Positions 28,275 through 36,103 of a DNA stretch of 40,681 nucleotides are shown in pieces. Each line of letters opens with the position of its first letter. Position 1 is the stretch's first letter. Source of the stretch: a virus (lineage: Duplodnaviria > Caudoviricetes); the IMG/VR virus record IMGVR_UViG_3300020409_001101, positions 1-40,681 of that record. One strand, 5' to 3'. The notes beneath the pieces were generated by a model. It was not told the origin of the DNA. It saw only the letters and a program-made list of their open reading frames with translations, and ran no database searches. A program made the position numbers and the translations under genes.

Positions 28275-28823
28275 ATGTCTAAAACATTTAAAGATTATCT
28301 AAAAGAAAGTGGCTTACAGTATTATACAGGTGTGAAAAAACACGGCAAGGAATATATGAAAAGAGCGGCCAAGGCAGGACGCGAAGGTGCTAGTCAGGAA
28401 GAGTTAGGGCGTATAAAGGACAAGTACAGCAAAGCAGAAAAGAATAAAAAAGCTAACGAAGTTGATAGAATCAAAGAACTTGCTGGTGTTAACGAAGACT
28501 TTATAGACGAAGAAACTTACGAAGGTGATGATTTTTATACTGCGTATGGTGACATGTGGTACAATGATGACTTCATTGACGAAGCAGAATACCAAGGACG
28601 CAAAGTAAGGCTTGGAAAGCCTATGCGTGGAGATGTAAAAAAGTTTAAGGTATATGTTAAAGATCCTAAAACAGGCAATGTTAAAAAAGTTAATTTTGGT
28701 GATCCTAACATGAAAATTAAAAAGTCTAATCCAAAAAGACGTAAAAGTTTTCGTGCTAGACACAACTGTGATAATCCAGGCCCTAGAACAAAAGCTAGAT
28801 ATTGGTCATGTAGGAAGTGGTAA
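28275..28823 (+). CDS. Modular basic protein, putative internal head protein
   Basis: Start ATG 28275 after AAGGA; MSKTFKDYLKE resembles the T4 internal-protein targeting sequence; C-terminal KKVNFGD...RKSFRARHNC...ARYWSC module. Confidence 0.75.
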   Translation: MSKTFKDYLKESGLQYYTGVKKHGKEYMKRAAKAGREGASQEELGRIKDKYSKAEKNKKANEVDRIKELAGVNEDFIDEETYEGDDFYTAYGDMWYNDDFIDEAEYQGRKVRLGKPMRGDVKKFKVYVKDPKTGNVKKVNFGDPNMKIKKSNPKRRKSFRARHNCDNPGPRTKARYWSCRKW

Positions 28824-29174
28824 ATGAGAGTAGAAGATTTAGATAAGCCAATCAACGATGAATTACCCTATGACGTTCCAAGCGATGTGCATTTTCACAT
28901 GCTGAACGATGATAGTTTTTATAGAAAGTATTACTTGCCTGTGATGGATAAGATCCGCAGTGAAAGAAACAATGATGTGATTCAAGGTTTGTTAAATCCA
29001 ATGATAGACAAATGTGTTAATCACTATATTATCAAGTATGATATTGCAAAAAAGCCAAACGAACTTATGTCAAAAGATGAAAAAAGTTCTTTAGCTAATA
29101 AAGTGCTTGATTTTGAAAAGAATCCACAAGAGGCCAGAGATGCATTTACGCCAGATATTCGAAGCACCAAGTAA
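28824..29174 (+). CDS. Hypothetical protein
   Basis: Abuts the upstream stop; FHMLNDDSFYRKYYLP. Confidence 0.7.
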   Translation: MRVEDLDKPINDELPYDVPSDVHFHMLNDDSFYRKYYLPVMDKIRSERNNDVIQGLLNPMIDKCVNHYIIKYDIAKKPNELMSKDEKSSLANKVLDFEKNPQEARDAFTPDIRSTK

Positions 29175-30063
29175 AAGAGCCGCTTTTGCTCTTGGACGAC
29201 TCAATCCTGCAACTATAGGACACGAGCGTTTGGTTAACAAAATCAAAGAACAAGGTGCAGATCCTTTCCTCTTTTTAACAGACAGACCTGCAAAACTTCC
29301 AGATGATCCTTTGACTCCGCAACAAAAATTAATGTGGGCAAACGATAGCTTTGATGGTATTAAAGTTTTGTTAGCAAAGAATATTGCCATAGCCGCACAC
29401 GAATTAAACAAGATGGGATATACTGAAGTTGTCTTTCTAGAAGGTGAAGATAAATTATTTAAAATTCTACAAGCATACAACGGAAAAACAGAAGGTAAAA
29501 AAGGACCAATTGAATTTCCTTTTGACTTTGAAAAAATAGATTACGTTAGACTAGAAAGAGATGCAGACGATCCTGGTGCGAAAGGTATGAGTGCATCTAA
29601 GTTAAGAAAATTTGCACAAGACAATGACAAAGATAATTTCAAGGCAGGACTTACACAAAAAGCACAGCCAAAAGCAGAAGTGCTCTTAAAAACATTGCAA
29701 GGTGCAATGGGTATTGATCCTGTAGATAGAGAACCAACAGAAGACTTAGATATTTACGAACTTATTGCAAGGAAAAAAGAACTTGTTGTACAACAGCAAA
29801 AGCCAAAGATAGATGTTTTAAACAACATTGCTATGAGATCAGATCCTAAGCCTTTCCCATTAAGTTGGAACGCAGGAAAAGGTGAAATAAGTATCGGTGG
29901 TAAAGTTTATGTGGATCCTAAAAATGCAAAACAATTTGTAAGTTTCTTTGATAGAAACGAAGATAAGCAAGAAGCAATGTTAAAAGCATTAAAAAGTGCA
30001 TCAACAACTGCAAAACTTTTTGATGTGTTAGGATTAAAATATAAACTTGACATGGAGCGGTAA
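29140..30063 (+). CDS. HIGH-superfamily nucleotidyltransferase (NMNAT/PPAT-like) with putative capsid-targeting leader
   Basis: GRLNPATIGH, DPL, MSASKLR; start ATG 29140 after GAGG gives MHLRQIFEA. Confidence 0.78.
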   Translation: MHLRQIFEAPSKRAAFALGRLNPATIGHERLVNKIKEQGADPFLFLTDRPAKLPDDPLTPQQKLMWANDSFDGIKVLLAKNIAIAAHELNKMGYTEVVFLEGEDKLFKILQAYNGKTEGKKGPIEFPFDFEKIDYVRLERDADDPGAKGMSASKLRKFAQDNDKDNFKAGLTQKAQPKAEVLLKTLQGAMGIDPVDREPTEDLDIYELIARKKELVVQQQKPKIDVLNNIAMRSDPKPFPLSWNAGKGEISIGGKVYVDPKNAKQFVSFFDRNEDKQEAMLKALKSASTTAKLFDVLGLKYKLDMER

Positions 30064-30275
30064 TGGATATCGAGACTCTAAAGAAACTTGCAGGTGTGAA
30101 TGAATTTACAGGTTATAAGCCTGTGAGCTTAGAGAATATCAGTGATACTGCACAAGCATTAAAGGACAAAGAAAAACGTTTAGGGATCAAACCAGGTGAT
30201 GCTGATTGGTTCAAACTTTGGTTTTCAAAGCCTTATCTAAATGGGCCTATACAATTTAGGAGCCGTAAAAAATGA
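30063..30275 (+). CDS. Small conserved hypothetical protein
   Basis: LKKLAGVNE leader; IKPGDADWFKLWF. Confidence 0.72.
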   Translation: MDIETLKKLAGVNEFTGYKPVSLENISDTAQALKDKEKRLGIKPGDADWFKLWFSKPYLNGPIQFRSRKK

Positions 30276-30817
30276 AGATAAGACAACTGTTTGAAGCAAT
30301 AGAAGATAAACTTGAGGTAGCAAAACTTCCTTACAAAACAGGAGATCTTGCTCCTGTTCTTTCTAAAGACAATGTAGAATATCATTACAATGTCTTAACA
30401 AAAGGATATGTCAATAGATACAATGCAAAAGAAGGTGATCCTAAATTTAATTATGGTGGTGCAAAGTTGCATAATTTATTTTGGGTGCAACTGAAAAAGC
30501 CAACAGGATCAAATCCACCAACTGGTGCTATTAAAGAACTAATAGAAGAAAAACATAAAAGTTATAACGAATTTAAAGACAAATTGGTTAGAGAAGCAAT
30601 GACTATACAGGGCAGTGGTTGGGTTTATCTATCAAAATCTGGAGAATTAAAAACAACTCCAAACCAAAGTTACAAAACTGATATACTAATGCCTATTGAC
30701 ATGTGGGAACATAGCTTTACTGATTATATTCCGGCAAAAGACGCCAAAAAAAAGTATTTACAAAACGTCTGTAAGATTATAAACTGGGACGTAATTAATA
30801 ACAGGATTGATGGTTAA
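30272..30817 (+). CDS. Fe/Mn superoxide dismutase-like protein with putative capsid-targeting leader
   Basis: LPY...LAPV, EYHY, LHNLFW, QGSGW, DMWEHS; N-terminus MKIRQLFEA. Confidence 0.85.
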   Translation: MKIRQLFEAIEDKLEVAKLPYKTGDLAPVLSKDNVEYHYNVLTKGYVNRYNAKEGDPKFNYGGAKLHNLFWVQLKKPTGSNPPTGAIKELIEEKHKSYNEFKDKLVREAMTIQGSGWVYLSKSGELKTTPNQSYKTDILMPIDMWEHSFTDYIPAKDAKKKYLQNVCKIINWDVINNRIDG

Positions 30818-32658
30818 TGCGTGGATATAATTTTATAAGAAAAGCCAATGAAGCAGTAGGTAGAATTACAAAACAAAACCAAACTCATGACGTAGGGCCT
30901 AATGAAATAAAAACACAAGCCAAAAAATTTGGTAACAGTGTAGACAAAGACGGACGTCCTCCCGTATTACATAGCAAGGCAAAGAAAAATACAAAGCCTA
31001 ATACTTTGTTTAATTTGGGAATGGCTGAAGGAAAAAGCGAACCCGCTAAACCAAGAGACCCTAGTTTTCAAACTATGGTGAATATTAGAAAAAGCGGGGC
31101 AGGTGGTGCCCATAGGGACAAGAAGAAGGAGTTCAAACAAGGAAAAGAAAAACATAAAAAGAATTACGGAAGAACTGATGAAGTAACAGCAAAAGATATC
31201 AGTAAAGAATCTGAAATTTATGTTGACATGGACGGCGTTTTAGCTGACTTCTTTGGTGCATGGAAAAAACTAATAGGTAAGGATTGGAGAGAAATAAAAG
31301 ACCTGCCAGGAGCATTACAGAAAATTAGAGATAAAGATGATTTTTGGCTTAACATTCCTATGACAAAGAATGCTAATAATCTATTAGGTTTGATAAAAGA
31401 ATTAAAAGGTAGCTACACAATATTAAGTGCTCCTTTGCCTGACGATCCTAACTCAGAACCACACAAAAGAGAATGGATCAAAAAGAATCTTACTGCTTTT
31501 CCACCTAAGAAGGTTATAATAACAAGTAACAAGGCTGTCCATGCAACACAGCCAGACGGAACAGCAAACATATTGATTGATGATTATGGTCAAAATGTAG
31601 CTAAATGGGAATCTGCAGGAGGTGTTGGATTTAAACACAAGGATCATAAGTTTGAAAGAACAGTAAGTAATTTAAAACAACATATGAGCGAAGCAGATAT
31701 GAGCAAAGGCTCAATTAAAAAGATACACAAAACAGCAGATAAGATTAAGGACAAACCCAAGGCTAAGAAGTCTATAGGAAAATGGGCAAAAGACAGAGGC
31801 ATGGATCCAGAAGGAGCCATTTATGCGATAGCAACAAACATGAGGAAGCGTAAAGAAGGAAAGAAAATTGATCCGCCAGGCCGTGAGTCTTACAGCAGAA
31901 ATGAACTGCCGCAGATAAAAGAAAAACATTTACAAAAATTGCCGCATACTATGGAAACAATAGCCATTAAAGATATTGTTCCTGTGCAAAAAGAAAGAAT
32001 TAAGGAAAACCATAAACGCCAACTGTACAAAGTGTTAGAAGGCAAATTTAATCCTATTGTTGTCGATTGCCATAATAGAATCGTAAATGGTCATCATAGA
32101 TATGACATAATAAAAATGTTACAAATGGAAAGTATTACCGTAGCAAAACTTCCTTTTACATTGGAATACATACTAGAAGTTACAAGTGAAGGAAATCTAT
32201 TACCAAACCCACAAAGAAGCACACTTGTAAAAAGAGATGATGCATACGATTGGTACAAGATTGGTACACACATGGCAAATATTAAATCAATGCCTAAAGA
32301 TGTACAAAAAAGAAATAAACCAGATATCTTTATACAGTTTTATGGTGGAGACAAAGAAAAGAACTACATGATGAAACAACTGAAACGTATTGGATATCAG
32401 GTGCAACCTGCAGATGGATACAAAGATACTCATTTTGATGAGGATATAGAAGGTTCATATGTGCTTAGAATATCACTAGAAAACTTTGCCGACGGCAAGA
32501 AAAAAGGCCGTAAAGGTTTAAGCAAACGTGTTGGCATTCCCAAGGGTGCAAGTGTAACACAACTGCGTAAAATAGCTAAAAATAGCACAGGAGAACGCAG
32601 AAGAATGGCACACTGGCAGGCAAATATGAAGTCTGGACGCAAGAAGAAAGGTAAATAA
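30817..32658 (+). CDS. Multi-module protein: HAD 5'(3')-deoxyribonucleotidase, ParB-like domain and several basic mini-modules
   Basis: IYVDMDGVLADF, ILSAP, K..W, ILIDD (HAD); PIVVD..NRIVNGHHRY (ParB/sulfiredoxin-like). Confidence 0.8.
   Translation: MRGYNFIRKANEAVGRITKQNQTHDVGPNEIKTQAKKFGNSVDKDGRPPVLHSKAKKNTKPNTLFNLGMAEGKSEPAKPRDPSFQTMVNIRKSGAGGAHRDKKKEFKQGKEKHKKNYGRTDEVTAKDISKESEIYVDMDGVLADFFGAWKKLIGKDWREIKDLPGALQKIRDKDDFWLNIPMTKNANNLLGLIKELKGSYTILSAPLPDDPNSEPHKREWIKKNLTAFPPKKVIITSNKAVHATQPDGTANILIDDYGQNVAKWESAGGVGFKHKDHKFERTVSNLKQHMSEADMSKGSIKKIHKTADKIKDKPKAKKSIGKWAKDRGMDPEGAIYAIATNMRKRKEGKKIDPPGRESYSRNELPQIKEKHLQKLPHTMETIAIKDIVPVQKERIKENHKRQLYKVLEGKFNPIVVDCHNRIVNGHHRYDIIKMLQMESITVAKLPFTLEYILEVTSEGNLLPNPQRSTLVKRDDAYDWYKIGTHMANIKSMPKDVQKRNKPDIFIQFYGGDKEKNYMMKQLKRIGYQVQPADGYKDTHFDEDIEGSYVLRISLENFADGKKKGRKGLSKRVGIPKGASVTQLRKIAKNSTGERRRMAHWQANMKSGRKKKGK
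32652..32657 (+). promoter_or_regulatory. Late promoter, probably leaderless
   Basis: TAAATA, then 5 nt, then ATG 32663. Confidence 0.6.
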
Positions 32659-32662
32659 TAGT

Positions 32663-32881
32663 ATGTTTATAAGAGAAATTATTAGAGAGGTAGCAACAGC
32701 TGGAGCAACATCATCTGGTAGCATAGCCACTGTAGTTAATCCTAAACAAGCATACGGGCAACGACCACGTGATGAAAAAGGTTTGCCTAAAGCACCTCAG
32801 AAAAAGAATAAAGACGGAACTGCCAAGAATGCCCTTGATGTAAAGGACAATTTAATGGGTGGCAAAACTATCAAGAGATAA
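32663..32881 (+). CDS. Small basic protein with putative capsid-targeting leader
   Basis: MFIREIIREVATAGATSSGSIA. Confidence 0.75.
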   Translation: MFIREIIREVATAGATSSGSIATVVNPKQAYGQRPRDEKGLPKAPQKKNKDGTAKNALDVKDNLMGGKTIKR

Positions 32882-32884
32882 ATA
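32879..32884 (+). promoter_or_regulatory. T4-like late promoter (GATAAATA)
   Basis: Overlaps the upstream stop; AAGGA RBS and ATG 32903 follow. Confidence 0.65.
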
Positions 32885-32902
32885 CATACGAAGGATAGTC
32901 AT

Positions 32903-33661
32903 ATGAGAGAAAAAGAACTTAAAGAAGATTTAGCTACACTGGCTTACAAAGCTGAAGCAGACCATGAAGTACAAATGGCAAGAGCTGATCTATATAAAAT
33001 TGCAAAATATTCAATTAAACTACACGAAATGTTAAAAGGTGTAACTGAACAAGAAGGTATTGAAGGCTGGGTACAATCTAAAATTACTAAAGCGGCAGAC
33101 TACTTAGGTGCTGTGTATCATCATATGGACTATGAACAAAAATTTGACGAAGTGTCAGAAGCTAAAAAAGCCAAACCAGACTTTTTAGATATTGATGGCG
33201 ATGACAACAAAACAGAGCCTATGAAAAAAGCTGTTAAGGACAAAGAAGCTAAAAAAGATAAGAAAGATGTTAAGGAAGGACATGGCGGAATGCCTTCCAA
33301 AGCACATGTAATGAAAATGTGTAAGGATGGAATGTCGGAAGCAGAAATGTTAAAGATGCATCCCGATGCAGACAAAGACAAACTAAAGCAGTTAATCAAG
33401 GACTGCAAAAAAGAAATGAAGGAATCATATACAAATTACCTTCAGGACAAATTAAATAAAACAAGAAAGTATCAAACTTTAGAAGAATCAGTTGGAAAGC
33501 CAATTACAGAAGAAGAATTTGATATACTCGCTGAAAAACAAGACGCATGTTATCATAAGGTTAAGTCCAGATACAAAGTTTGGCCTAGCGCCTACGCCTC
33601 TGGTGCTCTAGTTCAGTGCCGAAAAAAAGGTGCTAAGAACTGGGGTAACAAGAGCAAGTGA
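32903..33661 (+). CDS. Modular charged protein, putative head core/internal protein
   Basis: Modules WVQSKITKAADYL, KPDFLDIDGDDNKTEPMKKA, DACYHKVKSRYKVWPSAYASGALVQCRKKG, separated by hydrophobic-x-E sites. Confidence 0.72.
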   Translation: MREKELKEDLATLAYKAEADHEVQMARADLYKIAKYSIKLHEMLKGVTEQEGIEGWVQSKITKAADYLGAVYHHMDYEQKFDEVSEAKKAKPDFLDIDGDDNKTEPMKKAVKDKEAKKDKKDVKEGHGGMPSKAHVMKMCKDGMSEAEMLKMHPDADKDKLKQLIKDCKKEMKESYTNYLQDKLNKTRKYQTLEESVGKPITEEEFDILAEKQDACYHKVKSRYKVWPSAYASGALVQCRKKGAKNWGNKSK

Positions 33662-34065
33662 AACTAAGACAAATAATAGACATCGTAGACGAAGGAACAC
33701 GTTGCTGGAAAGGTTACGAAAAGAAGGGCATGAAAACCATGTTCGGAAAACGTGTACCTAACTGTGTAAAACGTGAACACGTAGATTATTGTGTCAAATG
33801 CGGAGATCTTGTGTTTTCAGAAGAAATGGATCTACACGAAGATCTAAAAAAATGGTTTAAACAAAGATGGGTCCGTTTTGGACCTGACGGAAAAATCCGT
33901 GGCTCATGTGGAGGACGGAGTGAAGGTGAAGGAAAGCCAAAGTGTTTACCAGCCTCAAAGGCTTATGCTATGGGCAAAAAGAAAAGAAAAACTTCTGCCG
34001 CTCGTAAGCGAAGAAAAGATCCTAATGCTGAAAGACGTGGTAAGGCTAAGAACGTAAAAACTTAG
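33658..34065 (+). CDS. Basic Cys-containing modular protein with putative capsid-targeting leader
   Basis: GTG start overlapping the upstream stop; MKLRQIIDIVDE; CWKGY...VPNCV; LKKWFKQRWV...KPKCLP. Confidence 0.75.
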   Translation: MKLRQIIDIVDEGTRCWKGYEKKGMKTMFGKRVPNCVKREHVDYCVKCGDLVFSEEMDLHEDLKKWFKQRWVRFGPDGKIRGSCGGRSEGEGKPKCLPASKAYAMGKKKRKTSAARKRRKDPNAERRGKAKNVKT

Positions 34066-34074
34066 GAGAATACT

Positions 34075-34182
34075 ATGGAATGTAAGTGTGAAAAATGTGG
34101 ACATAACTGTCATTGTGATAAAGAATGTCTTGAATGTGCTAATGATGTTTGTACAGGATGTCAATGTACACATTGCAAATAA
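34075..34182 (+). CDS. Metallothionein-like Cys-rich peptide (35 aa, not in ORF track)
   Basis: AGGAG RBS at 34064-34068; MECKCEKCGHNCHCDKECLECANDVCTGCQCTHCK has 11 Cys and 3 His. Confidence 0.8.
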   Translation: MECKCEKCGHNCHCDKECLECANDVCTGCQCTHCK

Positions 34183-34298
34183 CAAATGTTCCACTACGTG
34201 AAAAGTGGAGTCAAAAATATAAAAAGAGCATAAACTGTTCTAACCCTAAAGGCTTTTCACAAAAAGCCCATTGTGCCGGAAAGAAAAAGAAGAAATAA
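34164..34298 (+). CDS. Small basic protein (not in ORF track)
   Basis: ...QITNVPLREKWSQKYKKSINCSNPKGFSQKAHCAGKKKKK; start could be ATG 34158, ATG 34164 or TTG 34173. Confidence 0.7.
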   Translation: MYTLQITNVPLREKWSQKYKKSINCSNPKGFSQKAHCAGKKKKK

Positions 34299-34305
34299 TA
34301 TCAGA

Positions 34306-34311
34306 TAAATA
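34306..34311 (+). promoter_or_regulatory. T4-like late promoter (GATAAATA)
   Basis: Intergenic, 8 nt before ATG 34320; no SD. Confidence 0.65.
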
Positions 34312-34319
34312 TATTTGAT

Positions 34320-34967
34320 ATGTCTTTTTTAGTTTGTAATACCCCAATTATTCCAGTATATGTAAAGAAAGAATATCTCTATGATTTAGAAAAAGGTCAC
34401 GGAGAACTTACTCCTGGCGTGTGGATAACTGCAAAAAGTGTTATGGGAAAGGCTTTGTACTTTGAAACACTACTTACAGATTACGGAGCATTATTTGATA
34501 AACTTCCTATATCAGCTTTTGTTTGGAAGGAAGATTACAACGAAGAAGATCAATTACCATTAGACGTTTTACAAATTTGGGATTGTTTTGATTATGACAT
34601 AACAATAATTAGAAAGTCAATGTTGTCCGACTGTCAATTTTTTGGTAAGGATAAAAAAATGCACAAAGGTGAATACTTGTTTACAATAGACAATGCTCAT
34701 AGAGAAAGAAATGTTATTGATACTAACTTTGCCGAACATGATCCAGAACATAAATCATTTAACATAATTAAATTGGACAACGGGCAGTTCGCCGCACAAC
34801 CAAATAATAGAATAATTTTCACAGATCAAAGTCTTGTGCTAGGAGATAGGAAACAACCAGACTTCAAAGTGTGTACACAGAATTACACAGTTGAAAATAC
34901 ACCGAAATGGTCAGTGGGACATACAGACGAATGGCAATACAAGACAAAAGAGGAAAAAGATTTATAG
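34320..34967 (+). CDS. Conserved phage hypothetical protein
   Basis: YVKKEYLYD..GHGE, YGALFDKLPISAF, LQIWDCF, EHKS, NGQFAAQPNNR; family recalled from aquatic phages, function unknown. Confidence 0.8.
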   Translation: MSFLVCNTPIIPVYVKKEYLYDLEKGHGELTPGVWITAKSVMGKALYFETLLTDYGALFDKLPISAFVWKEDYNEEDQLPLDVLQIWDCFDYDITIIRKSMLSDCQFFGKDKKMHKGEYLFTIDNAHRERNVIDTNFAEHDPEHKSFNIIKLDNGQFAAQPNNRIIFTDQSLVLGDRKQPDFKVCTQNYTVENTPKWSVGHTDEWQYKTKEEKDL

Positions 34968-35656
34968 AAGATTATCGTAAATATGATCTTGAAGAAAGAG
35001 AACTTTACAGAAAACTTCCGCACTTGCACAAGTGGTGGAATAAATTATACCTGGCAGAAACAATGGGATACCAATGTGGACCAGGTGCTACTGAAATTCC
35101 AGAAACAAAAGAGTATGTAATAAGACCTATCTACAACTTAGGTGGAATGGGTATATGTGCAACAGTTCAAAAATTAGAAAAGGGCGATATTTCTAGTGTT
35201 CCTCCAGGATATTTTTGGTGCGAATACTTTGAAGGTGATCACTACTCTGCAACATATTACAAAGAAGATAAAGGATTTTACCACGAATGGAAGCTACTGC
35301 ACAACTGGCAAGGCTGGAATGATAAAACAAATCTTGTCAAATTTACAAGATGGTTAAAATTAGATACCGCTCCTGAACTTCCAAAACAATTAGCAGAAAT
35401 TGATGTTCCTATTATAAACGTAGAATACAAAGATAACAATCCTATTGAAATACATTTTAGACCAAGTGGTAATCCAGACGGTACCACTGATGATAAATGG
35501 AACGAATATATTCCTATTTGGGGCGACACAACAGACAACTATAAAAATAGTTTAGCGGAGCAAGGGTACGTATGGATTGATAATCCTTTTGAAGACTGGT
35601 ATGAGGATATAAAACCATATTTTAATGAGACGAGGTTGGGATATTATGTACGGTAG
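34931..35656 (+). CDS. Putative ATP-grasp-like protein
   Basis: NKL..., YVIRPIYNLGGMG, FWCEYFEGDHYS, INVEY...IEIHFR follow the ATP-grasp motif order; start uncertain (34907 or 34931). Confidence 0.55.
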   Translation: MAIQDKRGKRFIEDYRKYDLEERELYRKLPHLHKWWNKLYLAETMGYQCGPGATEIPETKEYVIRPIYNLGGMGICATVQKLEKGDISSVPPGYFWCEYFEGDHYSATYYKEDKGFYHEWKLLHNWQGWNDKTNLVKFTRWLKLDTAPELPKQLAEIDVPIINVEYKDNNPIEIHFRPSGNPDGTTDDKWNEYIPIWGDTTDNYKNSLAEQGYVWIDNPFEDWYEDIKPYFNETRLGYYVR

Positions 35657-36092
35657 AATCGATTTATCAAAAATAGATTACGAATTAGACAAGGATATAG
35701 TAACTTGTAAGCCATCTCTGGAAGAAGCAACTGAAGTTTTTGTTGCATATTGTAGATACAAAAAATTTAAAAGTGTGTATCCTTTATATCAAGATGACAT
35801 TGATCTTTATTCGTGGAATTGTTTATATGAAAACGGAAAACTTGTAGCTTGGGAGCAAACACTATTATATCCTAATGATAAAATAGGAATGAGTATGCAG
35901 TTTGCTTGGAACTACGATGTTCCCTCAAAAAGTATTGGATGGCGATTTAGCTTTCACGTTCCTGCATGGTTAAAATCTATAGGTTATAAATATCTTTACT
36001 TAGGAGATCACCATGATTACAAAGCTAAAATTAAAGGCTATGAAGTTTTGGCTCCTATAGAAGAACATATAAACGGTAATTTTAAAAAATAA
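35646..36092 (+). CDS. ATE/Bpt-like (aminoacyl-tRNA:protein transferase C-terminal, GNAT-fold) protein
   Basis: GKLVAW...FAWNYDVPSKSIG...GYKYLYLG...YKAK..GYE resembles the ATE_C pattern YDP..SLG...YLYLG...YK. Confidence 0.6.
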   Translation: MYGRIDLSKIDYELDKDIVTCKPSLEEATEVFVAYCRYKKFKSVYPLYQDDIDLYSWNCLYENGKLVAWEQTLLYPNDKIGMSMQFAWNYDVPSKSIGWRFSFHVPAWLKSIGYKYLYLGDHHDYKAKIKGYEVLAPIEEHINGNFKK

Positions 36093-36103
36093 AGGAGAAC
36101 AGT

